The notes beneath the pieces were generated by a model. It worked only from the letters and a program-made list of their open reading frames with translations, was not told the origin of the DNA and ran no database searches. The position numbers and the translations under genes were made by a program. DNA of 64,000 bases from an uncultured Acidimicrobiaceae bacterium (GTDB lineage: Bacteria > Actinomycetota > Acidimicrobiia > Acidimicrobiales > RAAP-2), in contig CALJTY010000030.1 of NCBI GenBank assembly GCA_937975915.1, positions 144,413 to 208,412 on the forward strand, given 5' to 3'. Position 1 is the stretch's first letter, and each line of letters starts with the position of its first letter. Positions 26,361 to 38,361 of this stretch are shown in pieces.

Positions 26361-29300
26361 TACATCAGGACTCGCGCGTGTCTTAGAACACGTCGCACCC
26401 TCGATTCGAGCCTCGGTCGCATCGGGTTCATTTATTCCGAGCAGCTATGCCACACCTCTAGCGGTAGCCAGTTACGCGCCGCATGATCAGCTCACCTTGG
26501 TGGTGACTGCGACCTCCACTGAAGCTGATGTTCTGCGTGATGCGCTTGGCGCACTGCTCAATGATGATGACTGTGTTGCCTTATGGCCAGGTTGGGACAC
26601 GCACCCCTTAGAGCGAGTGAGTCCCGATAGTTCAGTAATGGCCGCGCGCTCACTTCTTCGTTGGAGACTGCAGAGCAACGATCGACCTCGCATTCTCGTA
26701 GCGTCGGCGAGGTCGGTTGCACAGTTGCTTTCTCCAGAAGAACTTGTCGCACCATTGCATGTTCTGCGAGGGGCATCACTTGAGCGTGACAGTTTCATCT
26801 CCTCGCTTTCCTTAATGGGATATCGACGCGAAAACCTAGTTGAACACCGTGCTGAGTTTGCGGTGCGAGGTGGCATTGTTGACGTTTGGCCCGCACAGGG
26901 AAATGATCCAATTCGCCTCGACTTCTTTGGTGATGACATTGAGCGACTAACGACGTTTGACATTGCCAATCAACGTTCACTGCACGACATTGAACAGGCC
27001 TACATCGCGCCTGCTCGTGAGTGGATCCCAACACAAAAAACAAGAGAGCGTGCTGAAGCGCTGCTGAAGTCGGCGCCATGGGGGCGTGAAACATTTGATC
27101 GAATTGCGACCGGACAACTCTTTGACGGCATGGAAGGTTGGATGCCGCTCTTCATTGATTCTCCGAAAACAATTCTCGACGAACTACAAGACTTTCAGTG
27201 TGTCGTTGTCGAGCCTGCTCGAGTGGAGACTCGCCTCAATGATCTGCTTGATGAGGAGCGAGAGCTGGCCAATGCAGTCGCCCAGACCTGGAAGGCCACA
27301 GAAGAGATAGGACTACTGCACGCAACCTGGGAGCTGTCACTGGCAACACGCATTGACACAGTGCTTAGCTCCGGGGGAACTGGTGAGAGTTCTATGGGAC
27401 TCATTTCGCCTCCAGTTGTTCAAGGTGATGCACCAAGAATTGCTAGTCACGTCAGAAACTGGAGCCCGAAACGACGCGGTGTAGTTCTGACCTCAAACCC
27501 TGCTGCTGTTGAGCGCATGGCGGACCAACTTCGTGGTGAGGGAATTGAAGTCACCACAGACCCAGAAAAAGTTTTAGATGTCCGCATAACAGTGCTTATG
27601 AGCTCACTGCCAGCTGGGTTCAGTATTGATGATCCAGAAATTGTGGTGTGGAGTGAAAGCGACCTCACTGGGCGACGCTCCGTGCACCGTGCCGCTCGCA
27701 CGCGTGCTCGAAATGTTGATGGATTCTTTGATGACCTGGCCATAGGAAGTTATGTTGTTCACCGCCAGCACGGAGTTGCCAAATTCTCTGGCACCACCAC
27801 GAGAGCCATCAATGGCGTAGTTCGTGATTACTTAATTCTTGAGTTCAAAGATGGCCGAAGTTACTGGCCAACTGAGCAAATTGACGCACTCACTCCCTAC
27901 ACCGGAGGCGACGGTCCAGCGTTGTCGAGAATGGGTGGAGCCGAGTGGCAAAAGACTCGCGCCAAAGCTCGCGCAGCGGCATTCTTGGTGGCACAAGAAC
28001 TAGTTGACCTCTATCGTCAGCGAAACATCGCAGTAGGCCATGCCTTTAGCCCGGACACCACGTGGCAGCGAGAGATGGAAGAACTGTTTCCGTACACGCT
28101 TACCGCAGATCAAGCACAAGCGATTGCTGATGTGAAGGCTGATATGGAAATGCTTCGACCCATGGACCGCCTGGTTTGTGCCGACGTTGGATTTGGAAAA
28201 ACGGAAATTGCAATTAGAGCTGTGTTTAAAGCAGTGCAGGACAATAAGCAGGCCGCGGTCTTGGTGCCAACAACATTGCTCGCGAGCCAGCACTTCGCAA
28301 CAATGGTGGACCGTTTCGCAGGATTTCCCGTCAAGGTTGCGCTCATGAGCAGGTTTGTTGATGAGGCAGAAATGAAGGCAACGACGCAGGGCCTAAAAGA
28401 AGGAACCATTGACGTTGTCGTTGGAACTCACCGACTTCTTTCGGAGAATGTTCAATTTAAAGATCTCGGACTCTTGGTCGTTGACGAAGAGCAGCGCTTT
28501 GGTGTCACCCATAAAGAGGCGATCAAAACACGTTCAGTAAATGTTGATGTATTGACGCTTAGCGCTAGTCCGATTCCTCGAACACTAGAGATGGCTTTCG
28601 CGGGAATTCGCGACCTTTCTATGGTCACTACGCCACCAGCTGATCGACGACCAATCCTCACGCACGTAGGCGAATATTCTGAGCCCGCTGTTGTGGAGGC
28701 GATACGTAGAGAATTGTTGCGTGAAGGACAAGTGTTCTTTGTTCACAACCGTGTTTCAGATATTGATCAAGTAGCCAGGCGAATTGGCCAACTTGTTCCA
28801 GATGCACGAATTGCAATTGCGCACGGACAAATGGATGAAGGCACCCTTGAGCGTGTGATGGTTGATTTCTGGGAACGCAAATTTGATGTTTTGGTGTGCA
28901 CCACGATTGTTGAATCTGGCATTGATCTTCCTTCAGTGAACACACTCATTGTTGACCGAGCTGAGCGGCTCGGACTTGGACAAATGCACCAACTTCGAGG
29001 GCGAGTGGGAAGAAGCGGTCAACGTGCGTACGCGTATCTTTTCCACCCAGCTGATCAAGTTATTTCTGAAACTGCCTACGAGAGACTTCGAACCATTGGA
29101 GATAACACCGCACTAGGTAGTGGATTCAAGATTGCCATGCGAGACCTCGAAATCAGAGGAGCCGGAAACTTGCTTGGACACGATCAGTCTGGGCCGGTTG
29201 CTGCGGTTGGCTACGACCTCTACGTTCAACTGGTTGCAGAGGCAGTTGCCGACGCCAAGGGATTCATTGTTCCAGACGTCGTGCCAATCAACTTGGATGT

Positions 29301-29742
29301 TCCTGGTGAAGCGCACCTACCGAAGGAATACGTGCAAGCAGATGACGCTCGTCTCGAAGCGTACCGACGTCTCGCAACAATCAGCACGCTTGAAGAACTC
29401 AGTGATCTTCGTGAAGAATGGCAAGACCGCTACGGCGCACTACCCAAGCCTGCAATTGGCTTGCTAGAGCTGACTGAACTTCGACTGCTCTGCATTGCTG
29501 AAGGAATAACAAATGTGACGGTGTTGCCAGCAAAAGTTGGCGTCCGCTCAAAGCCAGTCGTAAAAGTTACGCCACTGCTTCTGTCGCTCAGCCAGCAAAT
29601 GCGCTTTCGTCGAAAGTACGGATCGAACGCTTACTCAGAAGATTCCAAGGAACTTCGATTAGAAGTTGCTGCAAATGGGGCATCACCAGCAGACATTTTG
29701 CAGCTCCTTCAAGAGGTAACTGAGGTTTCTGCCACTAACTAA
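26344..29742 (+). CDS. mfd: Transcription-repair coupling factor
   Basis: 1132 aa. CarD-like VVHRQHGVAKF, helicase motifs GFGKTE and DEEQRFGV, SASPIPRTL, and QLRGRVGRS. Confidence 0.95.
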   Translation: MVLVANTSGLARVLEHVAPSIRASVASGSFIPSSYATPLAVASYAPHDQLTLVVTATSTEADVLRDALGALLNDDDCVALWPGWDTHPLERVSPDSSVMAARSLLRWRLQSNDRPRILVASARSVAQLLSPEELVAPLHVLRGASLERDSFISSLSLMGYRRENLVEHRAEFAVRGGIVDVWPAQGNDPIRLDFFGDDIERLTTFDIANQRSLHDIEQAYIAPAREWIPTQKTRERAEALLKSAPWGRETFDRIATGQLFDGMEGWMPLFIDSPKTILDELQDFQCVVVEPARVETRLNDLLDEERELANAVAQTWKATEEIGLLHATWELSLATRIDTVLSSGGTGESSMGLISPPVVQGDAPRIASHVRNWSPKRRGVVLTSNPAAVERMADQLRGEGIEVTTDPEKVLDVRITVLMSSLPAGFSIDDPEIVVWSESDLTGRRSVHRAARTRARNVDGFFDDLAIGSYVVHRQHGVAKFSGTTTRAINGVVRDYLILEFKDGRSYWPTEQIDALTPYTGGDGPALSRMGGAEWQKTRAKARAAAFLVAQELVDLYRQRNIAVGHAFSPDTTWQREMEELFPYTLTADQAQAIADVKADMEMLRPMDRLVCADVGFGKTEIAIRAVFKAVQDNKQAAVLVPTTLLASQHFATMVDRFAGFPVKVALMSRFVDEAEMKATTQGLKEGTIDVVVGTHRLLSENVQFKDLGLLVVDEEQRFGVTHKEAIKTRSVNVDVLTLSASPIPRTLEMAFAGIRDLSMVTTPPADRRPILTHVGEYSEPAVVEAIRRELLREGQVFFVHNRVSDIDQVARRIGQLVPDARIAIAHGQMDEGTLERVMVDFWERKFDVLVCTTIVESGIDLPSVNTLIVDRAERLGLGQMHQLRGRVGRSGQRAYAYLFHPADQVISETAYERLRTIGDNTALGSGFKIAMRDLEIRGAGNLLGHDQSGPVAAVGYDLYVQLVAEAVADAKGFIVPDVVPINLDVPGEAHLPKEYVQADDARLEAYRRLATISTLEELSDLREEWQDRYGALPKPAIGLLELTELRLLCIAEGITNVTVLPAKVGVRSKPVVKVTPLLLSLSQQMRFRRKYGSNAYSEDSKELRLEVAANGASPADILQLLQEVTEVSATN

Positions 29743-29758
29743 TCGGTAGCATGGCTCT

Positions 29759-30847
29759 GTGCGTCGTATAACCGTCCTCTTCATAATTGCCCTATTAGGG
29801 GCAGGATTCTTTGGGTTCAGCAATTTGTCTTCAGGCATTTCTGCCAATGGAACAAAAGTTTCATCCAAAGCCTTTCGCGCAGAGATGACTGCAATTACAA
29901 CTAATACAAATCTTCAGTGCTACATATCGGCACTTTCTGCAAGAAACTTCTCAGCTGGTGCTGGAAATGCAACCGTGCCGAGCGCCGCTACCTCAGCGTG
30001 GGCGAACATTCTGATTGAAGGAACAACTATTGATCAGTACGTGACGTCACATTTTCATGTGAACTTTTCTTCGACAGAACAAAAGGCGCGAGCAAAATCT
30101 TCATTAGAAGCTGAGATGGCACAAGCCGCCGCAAGTAATTCGCTCTCTTGCCCGGGAACGTCAGCTGATGCAATCAACGCTATGCCGAGCGAAATGAGAG
30201 CATCATTGATTGAGGCGCAAGCAGCTTCATTGTTCTTGCTGAACAAACTAGACACCACAATCCCAATGACAGTTGCGAACATTAAGGCGTATTACGCGCA
30301 ACACATTTCTGACTACGACACAATCTGTGTAAGCGTTGCGGTTGTTGCGCCGTCTCAAGTGTCTGCGTTCACTGCAGCTCAGTCAAGCGGAGCATCGGTT
30401 GGCGAATTAGCCAAGAAGTTTTCTGTTGACAAGTCAGCAGCAAGTGGTGGGTCCTACGGCTGTTATTCACCTACGTCGTCGAACTACTCATCAGTTCGCT
30501 CTGACACAGTAAAACTTCCACTAAATAAGTATTCAGCCCCACAAGGAATCAACTACGGGGGCCAGACGTACGCACTCTACGTCGCAGCCACAAAGAGAAC
30601 CCCGACTCCATTTGCCAAAGCAGCAAACGCGGTTGTCAGCGATGTTCAGAATGTAAATGCAACATCTGCTTCAACTATTAAAGAAAACATTCTCTACGCA
30701 GCAGCGGTTTCTGTTGATCCAGCATTTGGAAGGTGGGGCCTCAACCAGACCACCGGGCCCGGGGTATTCGCTCCTGCGCTACCGGCAACTACCTCAGTCG
30801 TTTCTCCAGGAACACTAAGCACTGCGAATACGCAGAAGTATCAGTGA
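29759..30847 (+). CDS. Membrane-anchored SurA-N/parvulin-like peptidyl-prolyl isomerase family protein
   Basis: N-terminal TM anchor. The region ...VGELAKKFSVDKSAASGGSYGCY resembles the parvulin core (lAkkyS.D..sa..GG.LG). The match is degenerate, so this call is tentative. Confidence 0.5.
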   Translation: MRRITVLFIIALLGAGFFGFSNLSSGISANGTKVSSKAFRAEMTAITTNTNLQCYISALSARNFSAGAGNATVPSAATSAWANILIEGTTIDQYVTSHFHVNFSSTEQKARAKSSLEAEMAQAAASNSLSCPGTSADAINAMPSEMRASLIEAQAASLFLLNKLDTTIPMTVANIKAYYAQHISDYDTICVSVAVVAPSQVSAFTAAQSSGASVGELAKKFSVDKSAASGGSYGCYSPTSSNYSSVRSDTVKLPLNKYSAPQGINYGGQTYALYVAATKRTPTPFAKAANAVVSDVQNVNATSASTIKENILYAAAVSVDPAFGRWGLNQTTGPGVFAPALPATTSVVSPGTLSTANTQKYQ

Positions 30848-32235
30848 GCAAACCCGTTGTTCGAGTAGTAGGACTTGGTCCAAGCAGCGCGGAGCATCTG
30901 ACAGCTCGCACGACCGAACTTCTCACTTCATCACCTGTTGTGAGACTGCGAACACGAATTCATCCGGCAGCTGATGCATTCAGCACAGTTGTCAGCTATG
31001 ACGATTACTACGACTCCGCAGACTCATTTGAAATCTTGTATCCAAAGATCGTTGATGATTTAGTTCAACTCGCCTCAACATCTCCAAACGGGGAAGTTGT
31101 CTACGCAGTTCCAGGTTCACCAATGGTTGCTGAGCACACTGTTGAACTTCTTAGGCTCCGGAGCGAGGTGGAAGTTATTTGTGAACCAGCTATTTCGGTG
31201 ATCGATGTCTCGTGTGCTCGTCTCGGCAAAGACCCGATGGCGTTAGGGCTACGAGTAGTGGATGCACTCGGCTCAGTTGAACCGTTTCGTGGTCCGGGCC
31301 CGTTGCTGATTCTCCAGACCTACGCTCCAGAAATTCTCGCCAGTGTTGCAGACCGTCTTCCGAGAGAGACAGTGGTGACTGTGTTGCATCACGTGGGTTT
31401 GCATGATGAAGTGATTAAAGAGTTGCCCGCTTTTGAGCTGGTCAGCTTTGATAGCGCTGATCATCTCACCTCACTATGGGTTGAAGGGCTTCGCACCGCC
31501 GGAGAATCCATGGACGACCTCGTTGACTTTATGAGGCGGCTTCGCGCTGAATGTCCATGGGACCAGGAGCAGACTCATGCCTCGCTCACACGCCACCTAC
31601 TTGAAGAAGCGTACGAAACGCTGGACGCGTTAGAAGCTTTTGTTCGAGTTGAATCAGAAGGTGGCGACCACGCCACTGCAGTTGCGCACGTTGAAGAAGA
31701 GCTCGGCGACTTGTTATTTCAAATTGTTTTCCACGCTGAACTGGGTGACGAAGAAGGACACTTCAACTTTGCGACCATTGCCGATGGTGTGAGAGACAAA
31801 CTTACTGGGCGACACCCTCATGTGTTTGGCGATGTGGTGGTGAGTGGATCAGATGAAGTGGCATCACGCTGGGAAGATTTGAAAAAGAAAGAGAAGGGCA
31901 GAGAGAGCGTCACCGACGGCATTGCATGGCAATTACCTGCCCTCACGCTCTACGCAAAACTCTTACGCAAAGCACAACAAATCGATCTTGGCTCTGAGAA
32001 CGCAGAAGGTGCTCGCACGCAAGCGATAAATGCCCTGCAATCGTTGAAATTTAATTCGAGTGGTGCAAGTGATTCTGAATCAACTTCAGACACTGAAAGT
32101 GCGTGGGGCGATGCCTTAAGCGCAATTGCAAAGTGTGCTCAGTGGTCGGGGATAGATCTCGAGGGTGTATTGCGTGATAGAGCGCTGCAACTGAAGAGTG
32201 ACATCCAACGCTTTGAGTCTTCAAAGACGAAATAA
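30844..32235 (+). CDS. mazG: YabN-like fusion: TP-methylase-like N-domain plus MazG nucleoside-triphosphate pyrophosphohydrolase
   Basis: N-domain VRVVGLGPSSAEHLT...VVYAVPGSPMVAEHTV. MazG domain LRAECPWDQEQTHASLTRHLLEEAYETLDA. GTG 30844 (GTGA overlap) is preferred over the track start at 30733. Confidence 0.8.
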   Translation: MSKPVVRVVGLGPSSAEHLTARTTELLTSSPVVRLRTRIHPAADAFSTVVSYDDYYDSADSFEILYPKIVDDLVQLASTSPNGEVVYAVPGSPMVAEHTVELLRLRSEVEVICEPAISVIDVSCARLGKDPMALGLRVVDALGSVEPFRGPGPLLILQTYAPEILASVADRLPRETVVTVLHHVGLHDEVIKELPAFELVSFDSADHLTSLWVEGLRTAGESMDDLVDFMRRLRAECPWDQEQTHASLTRHLLEEAYETLDALEAFVRVESEGGDHATAVAHVEEELGDLLFQIVFHAELGDEEGHFNFATIADGVRDKLTGRHPHVFGDVVVSGSDEVASRWEDLKKKEKGRESVTDGIAWQLPALTLYAKLLRKAQQIDLGSENAEGARTQAINALQSLKFNSSGASDSESTSDTESAWGDALSAIAKCAQWSGIDLEGVLRDRALQLKSDIQRFESSKTK

Positions 32236-32263
32236 TTCCTCTCGTCTTATAGACTTATCGTAA

Positions 32264-34015
<1,752 letters not shown>

Positions 34016-34019
<4 letters not shown>

Positions 34020-34501
34020 GCACATTTCGTGACGCTTCACCTCAAGATGTTGAAGTTGTAGAAGAGCTTCTCGGTCGAACACTCTCAGGTCGCTGCGCGG
34101 TAGTGGTGAGGCGAATTGATGGTCGACCCGTAGTTATTGAGAACGAACCTCACATGCGCGATGGCACTCCAATGCCCACACTGTTTTGGCTAATCGATCC
34201 CGAGATTCACGATGAAGTTAGTCGCATTGAAGGAAACGGTGGCGTTCACAGATTCGAAGACCTTGTGGACCCTGATCAACTAGTTAGAACTCACGCAACC
34301 TATGAAAAGCGTCGCAAAGAAGCAACGGTTCGACTTGATGGTGCTCAACCAAGTGGTGGAGTTGGAGGAACTCGAATCGGAATCAAGTGTCTTCACGCCC
34401 ATCTTGCAAATTTTCTTGTTGGCGCAGATGATCCCGTCGGCGAACTAGTGGCAGAAACAATTGGACTCCCTGAGTTAGTACTCCAAAACGTTCGTGACTG
34501 A
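34016..34501 (+). CDS. DUF501 domain protein
   Basis: PMPTLFWLIDPE and GIKCLHAH motifs. It occupies the conserved position between ftsB-like and ppx. Confidence 0.7.
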
Positions 34502-35417
34502 AGTCGTCTGCGCAATTGATTGTGGAAGTAATTCCACTCGTTTGTTAATTAGCGACTCAAACGGTCAAACACTTTGTCGTGAAATGCGTATCACTCGACT
34601 AAGCCAAGGCGTTGATGCAAACAGAACATTGCAGAAGGATGCGCTGCAGCGAAGTTTTGACGTTCTGAGTGAGTACCGAAAGTTGATGGACTCATTCAAC
34701 GTAAGCTCCGGACTTCTAGTTGCTACATCTGCAGTTCGTGATGCGAGCAATGGCGATGAATTTATTTCGCGCTCAAAAGAAATCACGGGAGTAAATGCGC
34801 GTATCTTGACGGGCAATGAAGAGGCACATTTCTCCTTTAGCGGAGCCACGGCAGGTGTTGCACTGGGCAAAGCACCGATCGCAATTCTTGACATTGGTGG
34901 TGGTTCTACTGAACTCGCTGCAATTATTGATGGATCGCTCGAGAGTTACTCAATGCAACTTGGCTGTGTGCGAGTCACTGAGCGCACGCTAGGGCGTGGA
35001 ATTGTAAGTAGCGAAAATGAGGCTGCTGCGAAAGAAATGATTCAGAGTGAAGTTGAAAAGGCTTTTAGCGCAGTTCCAAGTTTTGAAAAACTTGTTGGGA
35101 ACGTCCAGTTAATGGGACTCGCGGGCACGGTGGCGACTTTGGCGCAACTTGACGCGGGCCTTTCGACATACGACCGAGATGCGGTGCATCTTCGAACGCT
35201 GAGCAGGGAAGTTGTCGAGAAATGGTACGAGACTCTAAAGGTTCTCGCACCCGAAGAACGGCTATCGCTTGCGGGTATGGTCCCTGGTCGCGAGGATGTT
35301 ATGGCCTCTGGACTCCTCATCCTCGGAGCAGTAATGGACCGCCTCGGGGTGAATCAGTTGGTGAGTAGTGAAAATGACATTCTTGACGGGGTTGTTGCTT
35401 CACTACTGGGTGCGTAA
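34494..35417 (+). CDS. ppx: Ppx/GppA-family exopolyphosphatase
   Basis: AIDCGSNSTRLLI and DIGGGSTEL (ASKHA-fold phosphate motifs). Confidence 0.85.
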   Translation: MTEVVCAIDCGSNSTRLLISDSNGQTLCREMRITRLSQGVDANRTLQKDALQRSFDVLSEYRKLMDSFNVSSGLLVATSAVRDASNGDEFISRSKEITGVNARILTGNEEAHFSFSGATAGVALGKAPIAILDIGGGSTELAAIIDGSLESYSMQLGCVRVTERTLGRGIVSSENEAAAKEMIQSEVEKAFSAVPSFEKLVGNVQLMGLAGTVATLAQLDAGLSTYDRDAVHLRTLSREVVEKWYETLKVLAPEERLSLAGMVPGREDVMASGLLILGAVMDRLGVNQLVSSENDILDGVVASLLGA

Positions 35418-35467
35418 CGTGCGCGGAGCGCTCATACCTGTAACGATGGTGGGATGAGGATTACAGC

Positions 35468-36094
35468 ATGGTAACGACACGCAGCGCAATCTTCTCTCCA
35501 ATCACGCTTCATGGAAAGCGTGTTGTTCTTAGGACTCTGGGCGAAGCTGACTACGAAGGTTGGCTTGACGTGCGAACTCGGTGCCGCGATTGGCTGCTTA
35601 AGTGGGAGCCAAGATCGGCTCACGCAACTCACCTTCCTGAAGACAGTCGAAGTTTCATAAGTCGTTGTGCAATCCGCGAACGTGAACGCCAAATGGGCAC
35701 CGGATTTGGATTCGGTATTTTCTTCGAAGGACGTTTTGTCGGTGAAATAACAATCTCTGCAATCCAACGTGGTCCACTCCAGTCCGCTTTCGTTGGCTAC
35801 TGGATAGATGAAGCGGTTGCGGGCCAGGGGCTCATGCCTGAGTCAGTGGTACTTGTTTTGCAATACGCGTTTGAATCATTACGACTTCACCGAGTTGAAA
35901 TAAACATCATCCCTAGAAATGCACCGTCTCGTCGTGTTATTGAAAAATTAGGGATTCGATTCGAAGGAATCGCGGAACGTTATTTAGAAATCGATGGTGC
36001 ATGGGAAGATCACGCTCGCTATGCCATCACATCGGAAGAATGGAACGATCGAGCACCAGAGCTCGTTGCAAACTGGCTGCTAAGTCTTAGCTAG
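35468..36094 (+). CDS. GNAT-family N-acetyltransferase (RimJ/RimL-like)
   Basis: YWIDEAVAGQGLMPESV...LHRVEINIIPRNAPSRRVIEKLGIRFEG. Confidence 0.8.
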   Translation: MVTTRSAIFSPITLHGKRVVLRTLGEADYEGWLDVRTRCRDWLLKWEPRSAHATHLPEDSRSFISRCAIRERERQMGTGFGFGIFFEGRFVGEITISAIQRGPLQSAFVGYWIDEAVAGQGLMPESVVLVLQYAFESLRLHRVEINIIPRNAPSRRVIEKLGIRFEGIAERYLEIDGAWEDHARYAITSEEWNDRAPELVANWLLSLS

Positions 36095-37023
36095 ACCGCT
36101 TCGTAATTTCTGTTCTTAAGTTCTTCAAGTTGTGCAGTGCGCAACGTTCCATTTAACGTTGCAGCAATTCCGAGCCCACCGAGTGAACCATCTCGTGGCA
36201 ACACTACGAGGGTGTTGGTTTCGCCATGTGCCAGTGCGAGCCCCTGCACACGTGCCTTGCGAGCTGCGTCGCTAACGGCTGCTAACTCAATGTTTTTAGA
36301 TAGCTCGACAACGGGGATCTCGTATTTCGTTTTCGAAAGATATCGAAGGTCATGGAGCATTTTTCTTGAATCACTTCCAAGTTTCACGGAAGATCCCCGA
36401 ACGTCGTCCCACGTGACCGCGAGTGGCTCAACGGCAATTTCAAGTAATTGAGCTAAGTAGAAGAACTCAGCATCGTATGCAAACCCATCAATCATTCCCA
36501 ATGCGCCAAGTACTCGCGCAGCACCTCGCTGGAATCCCTTGAAGCCACACTGAGTGTCACGCAGCGTGGTGCCGGTGTAATACTTGACCATTTTGCTGAA
36601 GGTAGATCCGGCAATCGAGCGAAGAGTTGAGTCGTATTCGATTTTTCCATTGACTGTGCGAGAACCTGGAACTAATGCATGAGTTCTCAGCATCTCAATC
36701 ATTTGGGGCATCTGCGCTGGGTTGATGGCCATGTCTGCGTCAGCCACAATGATGTTGTCGCCTTGGGCAACTGCAATGCCGAGTCGAACTGCAGCGCCTT
36801 TTCCGAGATTTTTAGGCTGCTTCATGAGTAGTTTTTCAGGCAGTTCGCCGTAGTACTGATGAGCAACATTCAGAGTTTTATCGGTGGAGCCGTCATCAAT
36901 AAAAATCACTTCCGTAGTAGTTGCTCCGAGCTCATCGAGCACAGGAGCCAGCCGGCTGAAACCTCGAGCCAGGCGTGCCTCTTCGTTATAGGCAGGGATG
37001 ATGATTGACGTTGTTATAGCCAT
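36091..37023 (-). CDS. GT2 polyprenyl-phosphate glycosyltransferase (DPG-synthase/ALG5-like) with about 90-aa C-terminal extension
   Basis: IIIPAYNEE, FIDDGSTDKT, ADADM and DTQCGFKGF. It lies 5 nt downstream of the NlpC/P60 gene. Confidence 0.85.
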   Translation of the reverse strand: MAITTSIIIPAYNEEARLARGFSRLAPVLDELGATTTEVIFIDDGSTDKTLNVAHQYYGELPEKLLMKQPKNLGKGAAVRLGIAVAQGDNIIVADADMAINPAQMPQMIEMLRTHALVPGSRTVNGKIEYDSTLRSIAGSTFSKMVKYYTGTTLRDTQCGFKGFQRGAARVLGALGMIDGFAYDAEFFYLAQLLEIAVEPLAVTWDDVRGSSVKLGSDSRKMLHDLRYLSKTKYEIPVVELSKNIELAAVSDAARKARVQGLALAHGETNTLVVLPRDGSLGGLGIAATLNGTLRTAQLEELKNRNYEAV

Positions 37024-37028
37024 AGTGC

Positions 37029-38198
37029 TTATGGGCGAGCAGCTCCAATGAGCCCAAAGGTGAAGAGAGGTTGGTAGCCAATTTTCGTTCCTGATTTTGC
37101 TGCAGCAAAAATAGTGCTGGTTCCGTATGGCCCACTTCCGATGTACATCACTACGTGGTCAACTTGGTGGTCACCGTCGAGGTTGTAATAGAACAACAAG
37201 TCACCGGGTTGAAGTGCACTCAAGGCAACGTGGCGCATTGCTGGCCACTGGGTCTGGGTGGTTCTAGGGATTTTGAATCCGGCTTGACCCCACGCCCACT
37301 GCACTAGCCCTGAGCAGTCGAAACCTCGTCCTGGGAATGTTCCACCCCAGATGTAGGGGAGGCCAATCTGAGAGAGTGCCGCAGCAACTGCGGCGGCGCC
37401 CTCTTTAGTACCTGCAACTTGTGAGACTGAGGTCGGAACTGCCTTAGCGATTGCTGAAAGCACCGCGTTGCCTGCAGCGGTGCCACCAACGGACTGAGCT
37501 ACTGCAACGGCTTGTTGCTGGCCTGCGTAGTTGTGTGCCTTAGCAGCGGCAATTCCTTGCTGGATTTCATAATTTATAATTTGAGTTTTGAAGGCACCCT
37601 TAATGCTGTTGAGAGTCGCACGCGTTGCATTTTCGTTAGCGATGTTCTGTTGCATCAAAGCTTTCATTCTGTTTGTTTGCTCTTGTGCAGCTGCCTCTTG
37701 GATTGTTACTTCTTTGATCGCGGCATTCAGAGCCTTTTTCTGAGCTTCGTACGTTGATTTGATTTCATCAAGGTTGCCAATCACTTGATCCTGGAATACT
37801 TTTCTTGCATCGCTTGACGTAACGTTCTGATTGAAGAGCGAAAGAATCTGTGCATCTGCTGCTCCATAGACGTATGCATTGACCACCGCGCTTGCCAGCG
37901 CGTGTTCGGTGACGAGAATCGCTGCTTTTTTCGCTGCGACCTGCTTATTCAAACTGTAAATGTTGTATTTAATGTGTTGGAGTTTTTCCATTGCTCCGCC
38001 ATACGCATTTGCAGAAGATTCACTTATCTGTGATTGACGTGAAAGTGTTGCTGAAAGAGTTTTAATTTGCGCTAGGGCGTCCGTAACGGTTCCTGCTTGA
38101 GCTGAAGTTAGCGGTGCCAGAACCGTGACCAGCATTGTGCCAGCCAGTACTAGTGCGGGGATTGACCGAATCGTGCCCCTACGATGCACGCGAATCAT
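37029..38198 (-). CDS. Secreted NlpC/P60 peptidoglycan endopeptidase with long coiled-coil N-domain (RipA-like)
   Basis: Signal peptide and about 230 aa of coiled coil. Catalytic region GLPYIWGG...GFDCSGLVQWAW ... HVVMYIG. Confidence 0.85.
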   Translation of the reverse strand: MIRVHRRGTIRSIPALVLAGTMLVTVLAPLTSAQAGTVTDALAQIKTLSATLSRQSQISESSANAYGGAMEKLQHIKYNIYSLNKQVAAKKAAILVTEHALASAVVNAYVYGAADAQILSLFNQNVTSSDARKVFQDQVIGNLDEIKSTYEAQKKALNAAIKEVTIQEAAAQEQTNRMKALMQQNIANENATRATLNSIKGAFKTQIINYEIQQGIAAAKAHNYAGQQQAVAVAQSVGGTAAGNAVLSAIAKAVPTSVSQVAGTKEGAAAVAAALSQIGLPYIWGGTFPGRGFDCSGLVQWAWGQAGFKIPRTTQTQWPAMRHVALSALQPGDLLFYYNLDGDHQVDHVVMYIGSGPYGTSTIFAAAKSGTKIGYQPLFTFGLIGAARP

Positions 38199-38288
38199 GA
38201 AAACAGCCTAGTTAGTGAACTTAAGAAAATAGCGAGTTTTGGATGGGGTTTGGCTATGAGTTACGGTTACAGCGCACCAATATTGCGT

Positions 38289-38361
38289 GGGGGCGTAGCC
38301 CAATGGCAGAGGCAAGGCGCTTAAACCGCCTCCAGTGTGGGTTCGAGTCCCACCGCCCCTA
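38289..38361 (+). tRNA. tRNA-like gene with class I (short variable loop) shape and anticodon UAA (nominally Leu); no encoded CCA
   Basis: Hand fold: acceptor GGGGGCG/CGCCCCT with G1.U72, D arm GCCC-AATGGCAG-AGGC, anticodon arm AGGCG-CTTAAAC-CGCCT, 5-nt variable loop CCAGT, T arm GTGGG-TTCGAGT-CCCAC, discriminator A. Confidence 0.6.

Noticed and set aside
30733-30843. Upstream extensions of mazG (30733), rplY (25044), the acyl-CoA dehydrogenase (60246) and rsmI (10272).
   Set aside because: In each case a downstream start gives a family-typical N-terminus. That start also has either a good Shine-Dalgarno sequence (AAGAGGAG, AAAGGAG, GAAGGGA) or a stop/start overlap.
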